Part shown: positions 10,053 to 19,253 of the stretch, one piece after another | Layout: every line of letters begins with the position of its first letter | Numbering within the stretch: position 1 is the first letter of the stretch | Virus record (IMG/VR): IMGVR_UViG_3300013121_000022 | Location: 108,505 to 172,504 of that record | Source: a virus | Taxonomy: Duplodnaviria; Caudoviricetes | Reading direction: 5' to 3' (one strand) | DNA: 64,000 bases | Notes under the pieces: generated by a model | Told to the model about the DNA's origin: nothing | Databases searched by the model: none | What the model saw: the letters and a program-made list of their open reading frames with translations, nothing else | Translations under genes and position numbers: made by a program

Positions 10053-10622
10053 ATGGGACAGCGATATTACTTTCCGAACGTCAAAAACTGGCAAGATGCC
10101 TTGAATAGCTTGGATTTGGGGTTACAACATTTTGGGTTTACCATGAAGTTGTCCGGCGTCATGTTTCAGGGTATGGGCAAGACGGTTGTGCTTGTGTTGC
10201 CTTCCTCTGAACTTCCTCATGCCGCAGTTGAAGTTGTCGAACTTGATGCCGAGCAAGCGGCGGCATTGGTCAAGCAAACCGATCAACCCGAAGTGTTGGC
10301 TGGACACGATGGACAAGACAAGGTATGGGTTCGTAAACTTCAATATGAAGTGTCGGGTCATACACAACAACAAGTTTGGTGGGCGGATCACTTTACCTGC
10401 CAGTATTGTGGACGTGGATTGCCGGAAGTTCAGTTGACCATCGATCATTTTCATCCGCTGGACTTGGGCGGAGTAAACGATTCGAGCAACTATCTGACAG
10501 CTTGCAAGAAATGCAATAAGAATAAGGGCAATACGCCTGCTTTGAAGTGGTGCGCCGACAATCATCTGGATTACAATTTGCTGGTTGATTATTTGCGCCA
10601 GAGAAAATTAACTCGTAAGTGA
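10053..10622 (+). CDS. HNH endonuclease domain protein
   Basis: CQYCG..LTIDHFHP..GG..NYLTACKKCNKNKG. Confidence 0.85.
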   Translation: MGQRYYFPNVKNWQDALNSLDLGLQHFGFTMKLSGVMFQGMGKTVVLVLPSSELPHAAVEVVELDAEQAAALVKQTDQPEVLAGHDGQDKVWVRKLQYEVSGHTQQQVWWADHFTCQYCGRGLPEVQLTIDHFHPLDLGGVNDSSNYLTACKKCNKNKGNTPALKWCADNHLDYNLLVDYLRQRKLTRK

Positions 10623-10636
10623 TACAATAGCGAGAT

Positions 10637-10709
10637 GCCGCTATAGTTCAGTTGGCAGAACGTCATCTTGGTAAGATGAAGGTGGTGGGTTCGATCCCCA
10701 CTGGCGGCT
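10637..10709 (+). tRNA. tRNA-Thr(GGT)
   Basis: loop TTGGTAA. Confidence 0.92.
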
Positions 10710-10723
10710 CTTTGGAGTATCTA

Positions 10724-10936
10724 ATGGACGTTATCAATTTAGCAACCGGACAATGTGTAAGCTATAGTTTATCCGAAAAACAGGCTTTGATTGCGGCAGT
10801 TCAACAGTTTGATCGTAAAAACTGGCAGACTTGGAACTATCCAACTCCAGATCAAGTTGTATTTATTGAGGGACAACATACAATCGCATTGGGCGATTGG
10901 TGTGTACTCAAAACAGAAAGAGAGACAGCATGTTAG
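10724..10936 (+). CDS. hypothetical protein
   Basis: GGAG RBS after tRNA. Confidence 0.6.
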   Translation: MDVINLATGQCVSYSLSEKQALIAAVQQFDRKNWQTWNYPTPDQVVFIEGQHTIALGDWCVLKTERETAC

Positions 10937-11178
10937 TTTATCGAGTATCAGTCAAGGCAGTGGTCACAGAAGAAAACGAAAAGAATACCGATCAGGTCAA
11001 GATAAAATTTGTGGACATCGGCATTTACGATGTTCAGGCCAACGACTATAATGCGGCGGCTGAAAAAGCTTATGAGGTTGCGAAAGACAATCCAACTTAC
11101 AAAGAAATTACAGCTGACGTTGAAGTTGAAGTGGTCGCAACCAATATCAAACTTCTGTCAAAGCCAGATGAATTGTAG
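10930..11178 (+). CDS. hypothetical protein
   Basis: GAAAGAGA leader, coupled to previous ORF. Confidence 0.6.
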   Translation: MLVYRVSVKAVVTEENEKNTDQVKIKFVDIGIYDVQANDYNAAAEKAYEVAKDNPTYKEITADVEVEVVATNIKLLSKPDEL

Positions 11179-11307
11179 TTCTTGACAGATTGAATTTTTG
11201 AGATTAGAATGTAAATATCTTTGCTATCAACGTTTCTAGGTCATCAGGACTTAGCGCATAAACGAAACGGACGAGTGATAGTGAGCGTACTCACTCAAAA
11301 CTTGAAC

Positions 11308-11727
11308 ATGAAAAATAACTTGAAAACTCCATGCAGATACTGTCCGTTTAGATCGTCGTCTTTACCGAGATGGTTGGGCGGTATTGAACCCGAACAATTT
11401 ATCAATGATGCATTGAGCGAGTCTGGAAATGCATGTCACATTGATCTCGAACATCAACGTGAATTTTGGCAGAACGAGCAGGACAGTGGTCAACTTAACA
11501 ATGTGGATGACAGTATTATCGATGAGTTGATCGAATCTGATGTTGAACAATGCGCTGGAGCACTAGCTTTTGGTTCGATTATGGGCAAGGTATATCGAAA
11601 TAAAAACAAAGAAGCGCAACGCAGGATGGTCGGAAACGTTGACGGTATAATGAACTATAAAGAATTTTTAGTTCATCATGCCAGTACAGATAATTTCAGG
11701 CGCAAGTCTGATGGAAAAAGATTTTGA
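11308..11727 (+). CDS. Cys/His motif protein (DUF6283-like)
   Basis: PCRYCPFR..ACH..QCAGA. Confidence 0.55.
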   Translation: MKNNLKTPCRYCPFRSSSLPRWLGGIEPEQFINDALSESGNACHIDLEHQREFWQNEQDSGQLNNVDDSIIDELIESDVEQCAGALAFGSIMGKVYRNKNKEAQRRMVGNVDGIMNYKEFLVHHASTDNFRRKSDGKRF

Positions 11728-11760
11728 CAAAAACCATCCGTAAAATATTGCGATGGTTAT

Positions 11761-11847
11761 GCAATCGTGGTGGAACTGGTATACACGCAAGCCTAAGAAG
11801 CTTGTTCCCGTTATAAAGGATTGGAGGTTCAAATCCTCTCGATTGCA
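11761..11847 (+). tRNA. tRNA-Leu(AAG)
   Basis: anticodon arm CAAGC-CTAAGAA-GCTTG, long variable arm, A73. Confidence 0.85.
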
Positions 11848-11925
11848 CAAAGGTGTTGACTAGATATATATAGTCGCCTTGCTGTTGAGGCCAGATTCCG
11901 AAAACACTGGAACAACAGTATACCC

Positions 11926-12011
11926 GCATGAGTGGCGAAATGGTAGACGCGCAATGCTCAGAACGTTGTGACCTTAAATAAGTCGTAAGGGTTCGAGTCC
12001 CTTTTCATGCA
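11926..12011 (+). tRNA. tRNA-Leu(CAG)
   Basis: loop CTCAGAA, long variable arm. Confidence 0.9.
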
Positions 12012-12068
12012 CAGACTTATGTACCACGCGTACAAAAAGTTACAGAGTCCCGCAATGGACTCCGGTTA

Positions 12069-12151
12069 GCCGATATGGTGGAATGCAGACACACTACGTT
12101 TAGAGCGTAGCGATCTAAAAAATCGTGCAGGTTCAAATCCTGTTATCGGCA
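12069..12151 (+). tRNA. tRNA-Leu(TAG)
   Basis: loop TTTAGAG. Confidence 0.9.
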
Positions 12152-12234
12152 CAAGACTGATGTTCAAATAATCCGTATCCAGATTCTTTTGAACTGAGTC
12201 ACCGATGCAATCGGCGGATAACGGTTGCATCAAC

Positions 12235-12318
12235 GCCTGATTGGTGGAATGGTAGACACACGACACTTAAAATGTCGCGATCTCAACAATCGTAAGAGTT
12301 CGAGTCTCTTATCAGGCA
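12235..12318 (+). tRNA. tRNA-Leu(TAA)
   Basis: loop CTTAAAA. Confidence 0.92.
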
Positions 12319-12336
12319 CACGAAAGGTTTATAAAT

Positions 12337-12930
12337 ATGACAATCAAAGCAATCGTCTTTGATCTTGATGGGGTTTTGGTGGATACGCCTGAACTTCACT
12401 ATGAAGCTCTCAACCAAGCGTTGGGGCTTTTTGGTTTTAATATCTCTCGACAAGATCACGATTCAAAATTCAATGGCCTGCCAACTCGGACTAAACTGGA
12501 AATGCTAAACGTTGATCCGGCGATTCGCGGATTGGTAATGGAACTAAAACAACAATATACTCGGCAGGCAATTTCCAAAATTCAACCAAACTATCAAAAG
12601 ATTATGATGCTGAGAAGTCTATCGTGGCGCTATCATCTTGGAGTTGCTTCTAACGCACTCCAAGACACCTGTTATTCGATATTGGAAGCAGCTCGACTGG
12701 ATTCGTATTTTACAACTGTGTGGGGCGGAGATGGGGTGAAAAAAACAAAGCCCGATCCAGAGATATATAGGAAGATTATCAAAAAACTTGAAGTACAACC
12801 AGATCAATGCTTGGTTCTGGAAGACACTCAATACGGTGTTCAGGCCGCACTAGGTGCTGGTGCTCAATGCATTCAAGTAACCTATCCTCAAGTTCATAGT
12901 GGATTATTCGTGCGAAAGGGCTTATTATGA
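12337..12930 (+). CDS. HAD-superfamily phosphatase (beta-PGM-like)
   Basis: FDLDGVLVD, KPDPEIY, LEDT. Confidence 0.9.
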   Translation: MTIKAIVFDLDGVLVDTPELHYEALNQALGLFGFNISRQDHDSKFNGLPTRTKLEMLNVDPAIRGLVMELKQQYTRQAISKIQPNYQKIMMLRSLSWRYHLGVASNALQDTCYSILEAARLDSYFTTVWGGDGVKKTKPDPEIYRKIIKKLEVQPDQCLVLEDTQYGVQAALGAGAQCIQVTYPQVHSGLFVRKGLL

Positions 12931-13679
12931 ATATAGTGATTCCCATGTCGGGCGCGGGAAAAAGATTTTTGGATGCAGGCTATACCGATCCAAAACCATT
13001 CATTTTAGTCGATGGTCAACCCATGATTATGCGTGTGACCAACAACGTCTCGGTTAGATCATCCAAAAATCATAACAACATAGTTTGGCTGGTTAGAACT
13101 GAACACCTTGATCGCGCTCAAGATATTCAGCAGGAAATGCGAGATCGCAATATCATTCCCAATGCAACCTACAACATCATAAAAGTTTCCGGCCTCACAC
13201 AAGGCGCGGCGTGTACTGTATTAATGGCCTCTGGTATTATCAATAACGATCAACCTTTAATTATTGCTAACTCCGATCAACTGACCGATTCTTCGGTTGA
13301 TGGATTTGTTGAGTATTGTCAAAAGAACAACGCGGATGGCGGTATTATCACGTTTCGATCAAGCGCCGACAAATGGAGTTATGTTCGTTTGGATAAGCAA
13401 GGAATATTGGTTGATGAAGTTGCTGAAAAAGTTGTCATTTCAAATCTTGCCACTCTTGGAATTTACTATTTTCGGCGTGGTTCTGATTTTTGTTCAGCGG
13501 CTGTGAAATCTATCAGGTATAACATGCGGCATCGCAATGAATTCTATGTTGCACCTGTATTCAATGAAATGATTTTGCTTGGCAAGCGAATTTATCACTA
13601 CGAAATTCCAGATTATTGTGCACATGGACTTGGAACTCCCGAAGACCTTGAAAGGTATTTACTGCATGGACGCCAATAA
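12927..13679 (+). CDS. sugar nucleotidyltransferase-like protein
   Basis: IVIPMSGAGKRF..PKP, NSDQ, EFYVAPV, GLGTPEDL. Confidence 0.85.
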   Translation: MNIVIPMSGAGKRFLDAGYTDPKPFILVDGQPMIMRVTNNVSVRSSKNHNNIVWLVRTEHLDRAQDIQQEMRDRNIIPNATYNIIKVSGLTQGAACTVLMASGIINNDQPLIIANSDQLTDSSVDGFVEYCQKNNADGGIITFRSSADKWSYVRLDKQGILVDEVAEKVVISNLATLGIYYFRRGSDFCSAAVKSIRYNMRHRNEFYVAPVFNEMILLGKRIYHYEIPDYCAHGLGTPEDLERYLLHGRQ

Positions 13680-14394
13680 CTCATATACACAAATGCAGAA
13701 AAAATATTACGAAGAAAACGCGACGATAATGGCAGTGGAGGATCATCGCGGCCACAATAACAATCCAGATTATTACGGAATTCTATTATCAGACATCACA
13801 ACCAATCCAGAATACTGGACTGGTAAAACCGCCCTAGACTTTGGTTGTGGAACTGGACGAAATATTGCCAATCTGTATCGTTTAGCAAAGTGGAAATTTG
13901 TCGATGGTTGCGACATTGCGCGAAACAACTTGTATGAAGCACATCGTTTATTGACGGAACGTGGTGTTTCCGGTTTTACACTTTACCCCGTCTCAGGCGT
14001 TGATCTTGGTGGTATCCCAAGTAAAAAATATGACTTTGTAATGTCAACCATTGTTCTTCAACACATCGCCGTGTGGTCAATTCGACTGAGTATTTTAACT
14101 GACATCTTTCGAGTGATGAAATCGGGCGGATTATTCTCGTTTCAAGTTGTTAAATATCCGTTGCCGCGAGATCGATATAATATCGCTGACTATCATGAAG
14201 ACAAATGGGATGCGCCAAATACAAATGGAGGGTACGATTTTAGCGTAGATAACGAACAAGATTTGATAAATGACTTGACACGCATTGGGTTTGAAGTGAT
14301 TGAAACAATAAGCAGACCTGAATGGGAATATATCAATCAAGAATACGCTCACAATAACAATCGTTGGGTATTTGTTAAGGCGCGTAAACCATGA
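13666..14394 (+). CDS. class I SAM-dependent methyltransferase
   Basis: ALDFGCGTGR, YDFV, VLQHI. Confidence 0.88.
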   Translation: MDANNSYTQMQKKYYEENATIMAVEDHRGHNNNPDYYGILLSDITTNPEYWTGKTALDFGCGTGRNIANLYRLAKWKFVDGCDIARNNLYEAHRLLTERGVSGFTLYPVSGVDLGGIPSKKYDFVMSTIVLQHIAVWSIRLSILTDIFRVMKSGGLFSFQVVKYPLPRDRYNIADYHEDKWDAPNTNGGYDFSVDNEQDLINDLTRIGFEVIETISRPEWEYINQEYAHNNNRWVFVKARKP

Positions 14395-15149
14395 TAAATG
14401 GTACGTATATCTTTCATGTTTTTGAAACACTCACGATTTCAAATTTGTATTCGGCTATCGATAGCATAGTAAGTCAGACGTTCGATAGCAATCAGTTTGA
14501 CTTCGTGTTGTACAATTCGTCGCGTTATTGGGAAAATTCCGAGAGATTGCTCGATGGAATTCAGTCTCGGTTGCATGGCATGTTTCGGAGTTTTAGATTT
14601 ATCAATCCAGACGTTCCTACCGACTCGACTCTAGCTGATTTACAGTGGCAAATCAGCAACATTGATGGATCGGACTTCTATTTCACACATAAGGCCGATT
14701 TTGTGTTAGGAGATAAAACTATCCAGAGAGTTGCGAATTTATTTGAGAACGTACATCAGCCTCTTTATGTTAGTTTTTGCAAGTTCGATGTCAGAGAAGA
14801 TGTCAACGATCTTGAAACTTATATACTCTCAGGTAGATCGTTTGACAGAATTTTAGATCGTGCGGATGCGTGGGATGTAACTGCTTGCCTTCCAAAAGAT
14901 TGGGAAACCCACGACTACAGGTTTCTTGGCTATCGGGGATGGGATGGAACAATGCATTGCTACAACGAACAAGCTAGACGAAATATACAACTTACTGACT
15001 TTTGCAGCTTGGACACTGTGCAATCAAATCGAACAAACGGCATCGACTGGATTTTTGGTGATACTCGATTTTGGGCGCTTCATAAGTTTCATGCCTTACC
15101 TAACGGCAGGGGCGATGCCCGTAAAGATTTAGATGGAAAACGATTCTAA
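14391..15149 (+). CDS. putative glycosyltransferase-like protein
   Basis: DSIVSQTF motif, operon context. Confidence 0.45.
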   Translation: MINGTYIFHVFETLTISNLYSAIDSIVSQTFDSNQFDFVLYNSSRYWENSERLLDGIQSRLHGMFRSFRFINPDVPTDSTLADLQWQISNIDGSDFYFTHKADFVLGDKTIQRVANLFENVHQPLYVSFCKFDVREDVNDLETYILSGRSFDRILDRADAWDVTACLPKDWETHDYRFLGYRGWDGTMHCYNEQARRNIQLTDFCSLDTVQSNRTNGIDWIFGDTRFWALHKFHALPNGRGDARKDLDGKRF

Positions 15150-15778
15150 TGAACACCCTCATTGTCATCGCGCATCACAATGGATCGCGGTACATTCCGG
15201 CTTTGCTGGATAGCTTGAAGTGGCATGATCGGAAAGATATTGTCGTTATAGATACTGGCTCAACGTCCAACGAACTCGATCTATTGCCACAAGATATACA
15301 GGTCGATGAAATTTATGGTGGATATTGTGTTGGCGCATATAAATGGGCATATCGATGGTATCCTGATTACGACTCGTATTTTTTTATGCACGACTCCATG
15401 AGGGCAAAAACAAATTTTCTTCCGGCCTTTCAGTCAAAAGGCGATGTTGTTGCATGGATCGATTTTCCAATGGATTATGGTGAACAAGAACGCGAGTACA
15501 TTGAATCGCAGTACGGGAAGGATAATCATTCGCCCAACGCAATCTTTGGGCCAATTTTTTACGCCACTCATCAGGCAATGCAGGGTCTGGCGAACAACAA
15601 TAAATTTCCGCGCAACCCTAAAAATCGAGCGGAACTTTGCGCCTCTGAACGTGCTTTTGCCATAGCTTTTCATCAGTGTGGATTTCGAGTCGATCATCTT
15701 GAAGAATATGACAACCAGCGTTTGGACATTAGTCGAGATTACGTGTTGTTTGATAAGTTCAGACCAAATCGAGTATAA
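15149..15778 (+). CDS. family-2-like glycosyltransferase
   Basis: IVIAHHN..IVVIDTGST, FMHDS, ERAF. Confidence 0.7.
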   Translation: MNTLIVIAHHNGSRYIPALLDSLKWHDRKDIVVIDTGSTSNELDLLPQDIQVDEIYGGYCVGAYKWAYRWYPDYDSYFFMHDSMRAKTNFLPAFQSKGDVVAWIDFPMDYGEQEREYIESQYGKDNHSPNAIFGPIFYATHQAMQGLANNNKFPRNPKNRAELCASERAFAIAFHQCGFRVDHLEEYDNQRLDISRDYVLFDKFRPNRV

Positions 15779-15780
15779 AT

Positions 15781-16023
15781 ATGTTCAATAAGTATGTGTA
15801 TGAAATTTTGAAGACAAGCATTGTGTGGTATCCGATCATTGGCTTGGTTTTTGCGACAGGAGTAATGATTCGGATGATTCTAGATGATCCGCTATGGTTT
15901 ATTAGGCACATAAATCAACAGCGTGAACGACATATGTGGTTTGCGATGATATTGATGTCTGCCTGCCTTTGGCCTTATTTTCTTGGTAGACTGATTTGGA
16001 GTAGTGTTCAAAAACTTTTATAG
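15781..16023 (+). CDS. small membrane protein
   Basis: two hydrophobic segments. Confidence 0.55.
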   Translation: MFNKYVYEILKTSIVWYPIIGLVFATGVMIRMILDDPLWFIRHINQQRERHMWFAMILMSACLWPYFLGRLIWSSVQKLL

Positions 16024-16033
16024 GACAACTAAC

Positions 16034-16243
16034 ATGCCATACCGAAATGTTCGTAATGATGCAAGAAATTCCGATCCAAACGTTACTTTGCAAGAATTAA
16101 TGCAAATGTTGAGCACTGTAATAAGTTGTGGAGGATGTGCCAACTTGACATCTGTTGCCTCACAACATACTTGCAAGACATGTGGCCGGACTCTGTGTGG
16201 CGAATGCGGTAATCTCTGTAAAGATCATCGAAAGGTTTCGTGA
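16034..16243 (+). CDS. small zinc-finger protein
   Basis: CGGC, CKTC, CGEC, CKDH. Confidence 0.6.
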   Translation: MPYRNVRNDARNSDPNVTLQELMQMLSTVISCGGCANLTSVASQHTCKTCGRTLCGECGNLCKDHRKVS

Positions 16244-16652
16244 TGTTCATGAATGAAACTGGTATTTCCATAGGATTTGATACGGTAATTCCACCAAACG
16301 ATTTTTGCGTTTTTGTTGTACCCATATTTGATATCAAGTAGTCATTCGTTTTCACCGAGCAAACCGCCTGAACTTAGATGCTGTAGAGTTGCTAACACAG
16401 ACCTGAGTGTTGTAGTTGAATCAATTAATTTCCGCTCACGTAACGAAAATTTTTTTGGAGCTGTTTTTGCTCTGTATGCTCTAACCGCAGGATCGTTATC
16501 CAAAATTATTACATTGGAAAAACCTCAAGTCTGCTTCTCTGTTCTATCACAATCTAATTCAGGTCGTTCAAATCACCGATTGGCGGTTGAGGCATTATAC
16601 TGCGACAAACCCATTGTGTTTGCATATGTAGATCGACATCGAAAGACATTCC

Positions 16653-16681
16653 TTGACTTAGTTGCTGAACTAGGGTAATAT
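16653..16681 (+). promoter_or_regulatory. sigma70-type promoter of the RNase P RNA
   Basis: TTGACT-N17-TAATAT just upstream of the P1 helix. Confidence 0.75.
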
Positions 16682-16687
16682 CAACGT

Positions 16688-17070
16688 GATCGGCGCAGAT
16701 CAAGTTGTCGAGCTCGAAAGAGTTAGGAACTTCCCGACGATACAGGAGCAATCCTGAAAACCCTCCACATGAAAACAGCAAGTGTGGACAGTTCGACTGA
16801 ACTGATGTCAACGGCAACAGAGAACATTCCGCTCGAAAGAGTAACGGGTGAAAAGGACGGTGATACCCGTCCGGCATGTCAAGGTAACTTGCTTGCATAG
16901 GCGACAGGACAGGGGATCGCAAGGTGGCGCAAGATAGGCTACGGTTTATCTTGTAGAACCGCAGTATAAACGGTACGACAGAATAACACTCAGTCGCACT
17001 AGGATATACCATCAACCCGATGAGAAAGATGACAACCTAAACAGAATCGGGGGTATGATCGGCGCAGATT
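16688..17070 (+). ncRNA. rnpB: RNase P RNA (divergent, phage-encoded)
   Basis: P2 GTTGTC/GACAAC, P3 GAAA hairpin, P4 AGGAACTTCCCGA with ACAGAATCGGGGGTA, P5 CGAT/ATCG-CAAG, GCAACAGAGAA and GGGTGAAAAG joiners. Confidence 0.88.
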
Positions 17071-17145
17071 GGTTCTTGACAAAAAAATATAACCGATCCA
17101 TAATAATCTCAACTTCCACTATCTCACAGAAAGAGGATACCGAAC

Positions 17146-17322
17146 ATGGAACTCAAAATTGTTTCTGCAAAAGCTGGTGATCAGTACGTGAATCTGGTGG
17201 GTCAAACATTTCCGGTGGTTCGTGAACTGGAAACAATCTACGTGATTGAAGTTGAGGGCAAAAGCGTCTATGTTCGTGAGGACGACTGCGAAGTAAAAAT
17301 CATTGAACCAGTTGCGGCCTAA
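17146..17322 (+). CDS. small hypothetical protein (58 aa, below ORF-track cutoff)
   Basis: GAGG RBS; MELKIV..EPVAA. Confidence 0.6.
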   Translation: MELKIVSAKAGDQYVNLVGQTFPVVRELETIYVIEVEGKSVYVREDDCEVKIIEPVAA

Positions 17323-17382
17323 ATAATTATTCTACTTGACAGGCTTTATCAAGTCAGGTAGAATAATTTGCGTGAGGGTCAT

Positions 17383-17616
17383 ATGAAATATACCGATAAG
17401 TTTGAAGTGGACACTAACGGTAAAATCATTGGTGCTGAAACGCATCCGAATGCGCCCGTAATTGTAAATTTTTATCGTGTTGTCAACGGCAAGAAGCGAT
17501 ACAATAAACTTGCGAAGCGGTTACATTTTTTTACCGAACAACACTTTCAGAGCAACACCGATTTCTTGAATCGAATGAGCGCACGTAAAGATCGGGTATA
17601 TTATCGGGCAAACTAA
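17383..17616 (+). CDS. hypothetical protein
   Basis: TTGACA/TAGAAT promoter and GAGG RBS. Confidence 0.6.
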   Translation: MKYTDKFEVDTNGKIIGAETHPNAPVIVNFYRVVNGKKRYNKLAKRLHFFTEQHFQSNTDFLNRMSARKDRVYYRAN

Positions 17617-17623
17617 ATAACAA

Positions 17624-17694
17624 GCGGGTATAGTATAACGGTATTATAAAAGCCTTCCAAGTTTAAGACGCGGGTTCGACTCCCGCTATCCGCT
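17624..17694 (+). tRNA. tRNA-Gly(TCC)
   Basis: loop CTTCCAA, U73. Confidence 0.88.
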
Positions 17695-17835
17695 CAGAGA
17701 ATAGCACGAGTGACTAACGTTGCGAAATGGTTGAATACAGAGTCCTGACGTTGATCTATACTGCTTAGGCACACATGGATCATGAGGTCAAAAAACTAAT
17801 CCTCAACACATCCGGCATTATGCTAATTTTGCCAT

Positions 17836-17908
17836 GCGGTTGTAATTCAGTTGGTAGAATATCTCTTTGCCAAAGAGAATGTCGTGGGTTCGAGTCCCAT
17901 CAGCCGCT
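17836..17908 (+). tRNA. tRNA-Gly(GCC)
   Basis: loop TTGCCAA. Confidence 0.92.
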
Positions 17909-17979
17909 CTTGTTATAAAGTCCTAAACTGAAATAGACCATAGTTCCGACAACATGTATCAACCTTACGCCACGATTAA

Positions 17980-18051
17980 GCCGATGTAGCTCAATGGTAG
18001 AGCAACTTCCTTGTAAGAAGAAGGTTAAGGGTTCAAGTCCCTTCATTGGCT
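17980..18051 (+). tRNA. tRNA-Thr(TGT)
   Basis: loop CTTGTAA. Confidence 0.9.
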
Positions 18052-18118
18052 CAGTGTCCCATCAACAATTTATAGCAGGAGTCTTATCCTACTATGGACA
18101 GGGAATATGGGACAATCT

Positions 18119-18191
18119 GCCGGATTAGCTCAGTTGGTAGAGTATCTTTTTCGTAAAAAGAGGGTCACGAGTTCGATTCTCGTATCCGGCT
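18119..18191 (+). tRNA. tRNA-Thr(CGT)
   Basis: loop TTCGTAA. Confidence 0.92.
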
Positions 18192-18227
18192 CAGGTTCGT
18201 TTCATTGTGTCTCATTTAGGAATGAGA

Positions 18228-18255
18228 CAAAGCCTCTTGACAAAGAGGCTTTTTT
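18228..18255 (+). terminator. intrinsic terminator overlapping the next -35 box
   Basis: AAAGCCTCTT-GACA-AAGAGGCTTTTTT containing TTGACA. Confidence 0.7.
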
Positions 18256-18271
18256 GATCTATATTTGTCTC

Positions 18272-18478
18272 ATGACATCTAAAACCGATAAGCCAAAGAA
18301 AATTGAAGCAGGACGCTATTTGTATCGTGGTGTAATTATTCGTCGCAATCCATCAGTCGCGTCGGGTTGGTATGGATCGTGGTTATTCAACGACAGCGGA
18401 GCAGATAGTTTGAATGATGCCTGCCAACAAATCGATTCTCGAATTGAGGCCAGAAAAAATGAAACTATCAATCGCTAA
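18272..18478 (+). CDS. hypothetical protein (leaderless)
   Basis: TTGACA-N17-TATATT-N6-ATG. Confidence 0.65.
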   Translation: MTSKTDKPKKIEAGRYLYRGVIIRRNPSVASGWYGSWLFNDSGADSLNDACQQIDSRIEARKNETINR

Positions 18479-18806
18479 TCTCCGAAAAAGCGAAATTCCT
18501 TCCGAAGTAAAGAATCGTGTTTTAGATTTGATCAAAACCCATCGTACTCGTGCTTTGTCTTTGGAATATCGAGACAATCTTTATCTTGACGAAGGATCGG
18601 ACTATACGTTTTATTTGAACGGTGAACAAAAATCTGTTTCCATGATGTCCGCCGAAGGGTTTCATGCTGGTGGTCAGCCGATTGAATATAAGGTTGGCGC
18701 AACCCTGCCTCTGCCATTTGGTGTGTGGGTCGTGGAAAGGAAATTGTTTTTGGGTAAATATCTTATTCGCATTATTCACAACAACGGACAAAAGGAGCTG
18801 AAATGA
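18459..18806 (+). CDS. hypothetical protein
   Basis: GAGG RBS, coupled ORF. Confidence 0.6.
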   Translation: MKLSIANLRKSEIPSEVKNRVLDLIKTHRTRALSLEYRDNLYLDEGSDYTFYLNGEQKSVSMMSAEGFHAGGQPIEYKVGATLPLPFGVWVVERKLFLGKYLIRIIHNNGQKELK

Positions 18807-19003
18807 AGTTCTATTATGTGGCCTATACATGGGTAGATAACACATCAAACGGAGTCGGTAATGCATACATTACTTCTACAGGGCTAGACAACAAAACCGC
18901 AATTGAACTCGTCAAACAAAACATTATCGATTTGCTGGCTAAAGAAAGAGATAATCCTAACGTTGTGATTACAAACTTGATTGAATTAAGGAGTCTCGAC
19001 TAA
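18803..19003 (+). CDS. hypothetical protein
   Basis: AAGGAG RBS, ATGA overlap. Confidence 0.6.
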   Translation: MKFYYVAYTWVDNTSNGVGNAYITSTGLDNKTAIELVKQNIIDLLAKERDNPNVVITNLIELRSLD

Positions 19004-19004
19004 T

Positions 19005-19241
19005 ATGAAACGCCAATACTATCTCACTTACGTTAAGCTCCCGCCCGAAGACGAATTTGATGAATGGACGCAAATCGCCAAAACAAAAACTTTATCACAA
19101 GCGTCTCAGGCAGCTGTCGATGCAGGTGCTGAGGCAGTGATTTATTTCGTTACTGATACGCTGGCAGGTCGTCATTGGTATCGCAATTCTGTTTGCATCA
19201 ATGACTTGGTTCACTACAACAAAATTGTTTTTGCGGCATAA
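19005..19241 (+). CDS. hypothetical protein
   Basis: AAGGAG RBS. Confidence 0.6.
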   Translation: MKRQYYLTYVKLPPEDEFDEWTQIAKTKTLSQASQAAVDAGAEAVIYFVTDTLAGRHWYRNSVCINDLVHYNKIVFAA

Positions 19242-19253
19242 AGGATTCATAAC

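Noticed and set aside
16243-16678. Possible frameshifted gene (short ORF plus 121-aa TTG ORF)
   Set aside because: No recognisable family or clear start; cannot tell pseudogene from chance ORF
16554-17015. 153-aa minus-strand ORF
   Set aside because: Antisense to the RNase P RNA; no protein-like features
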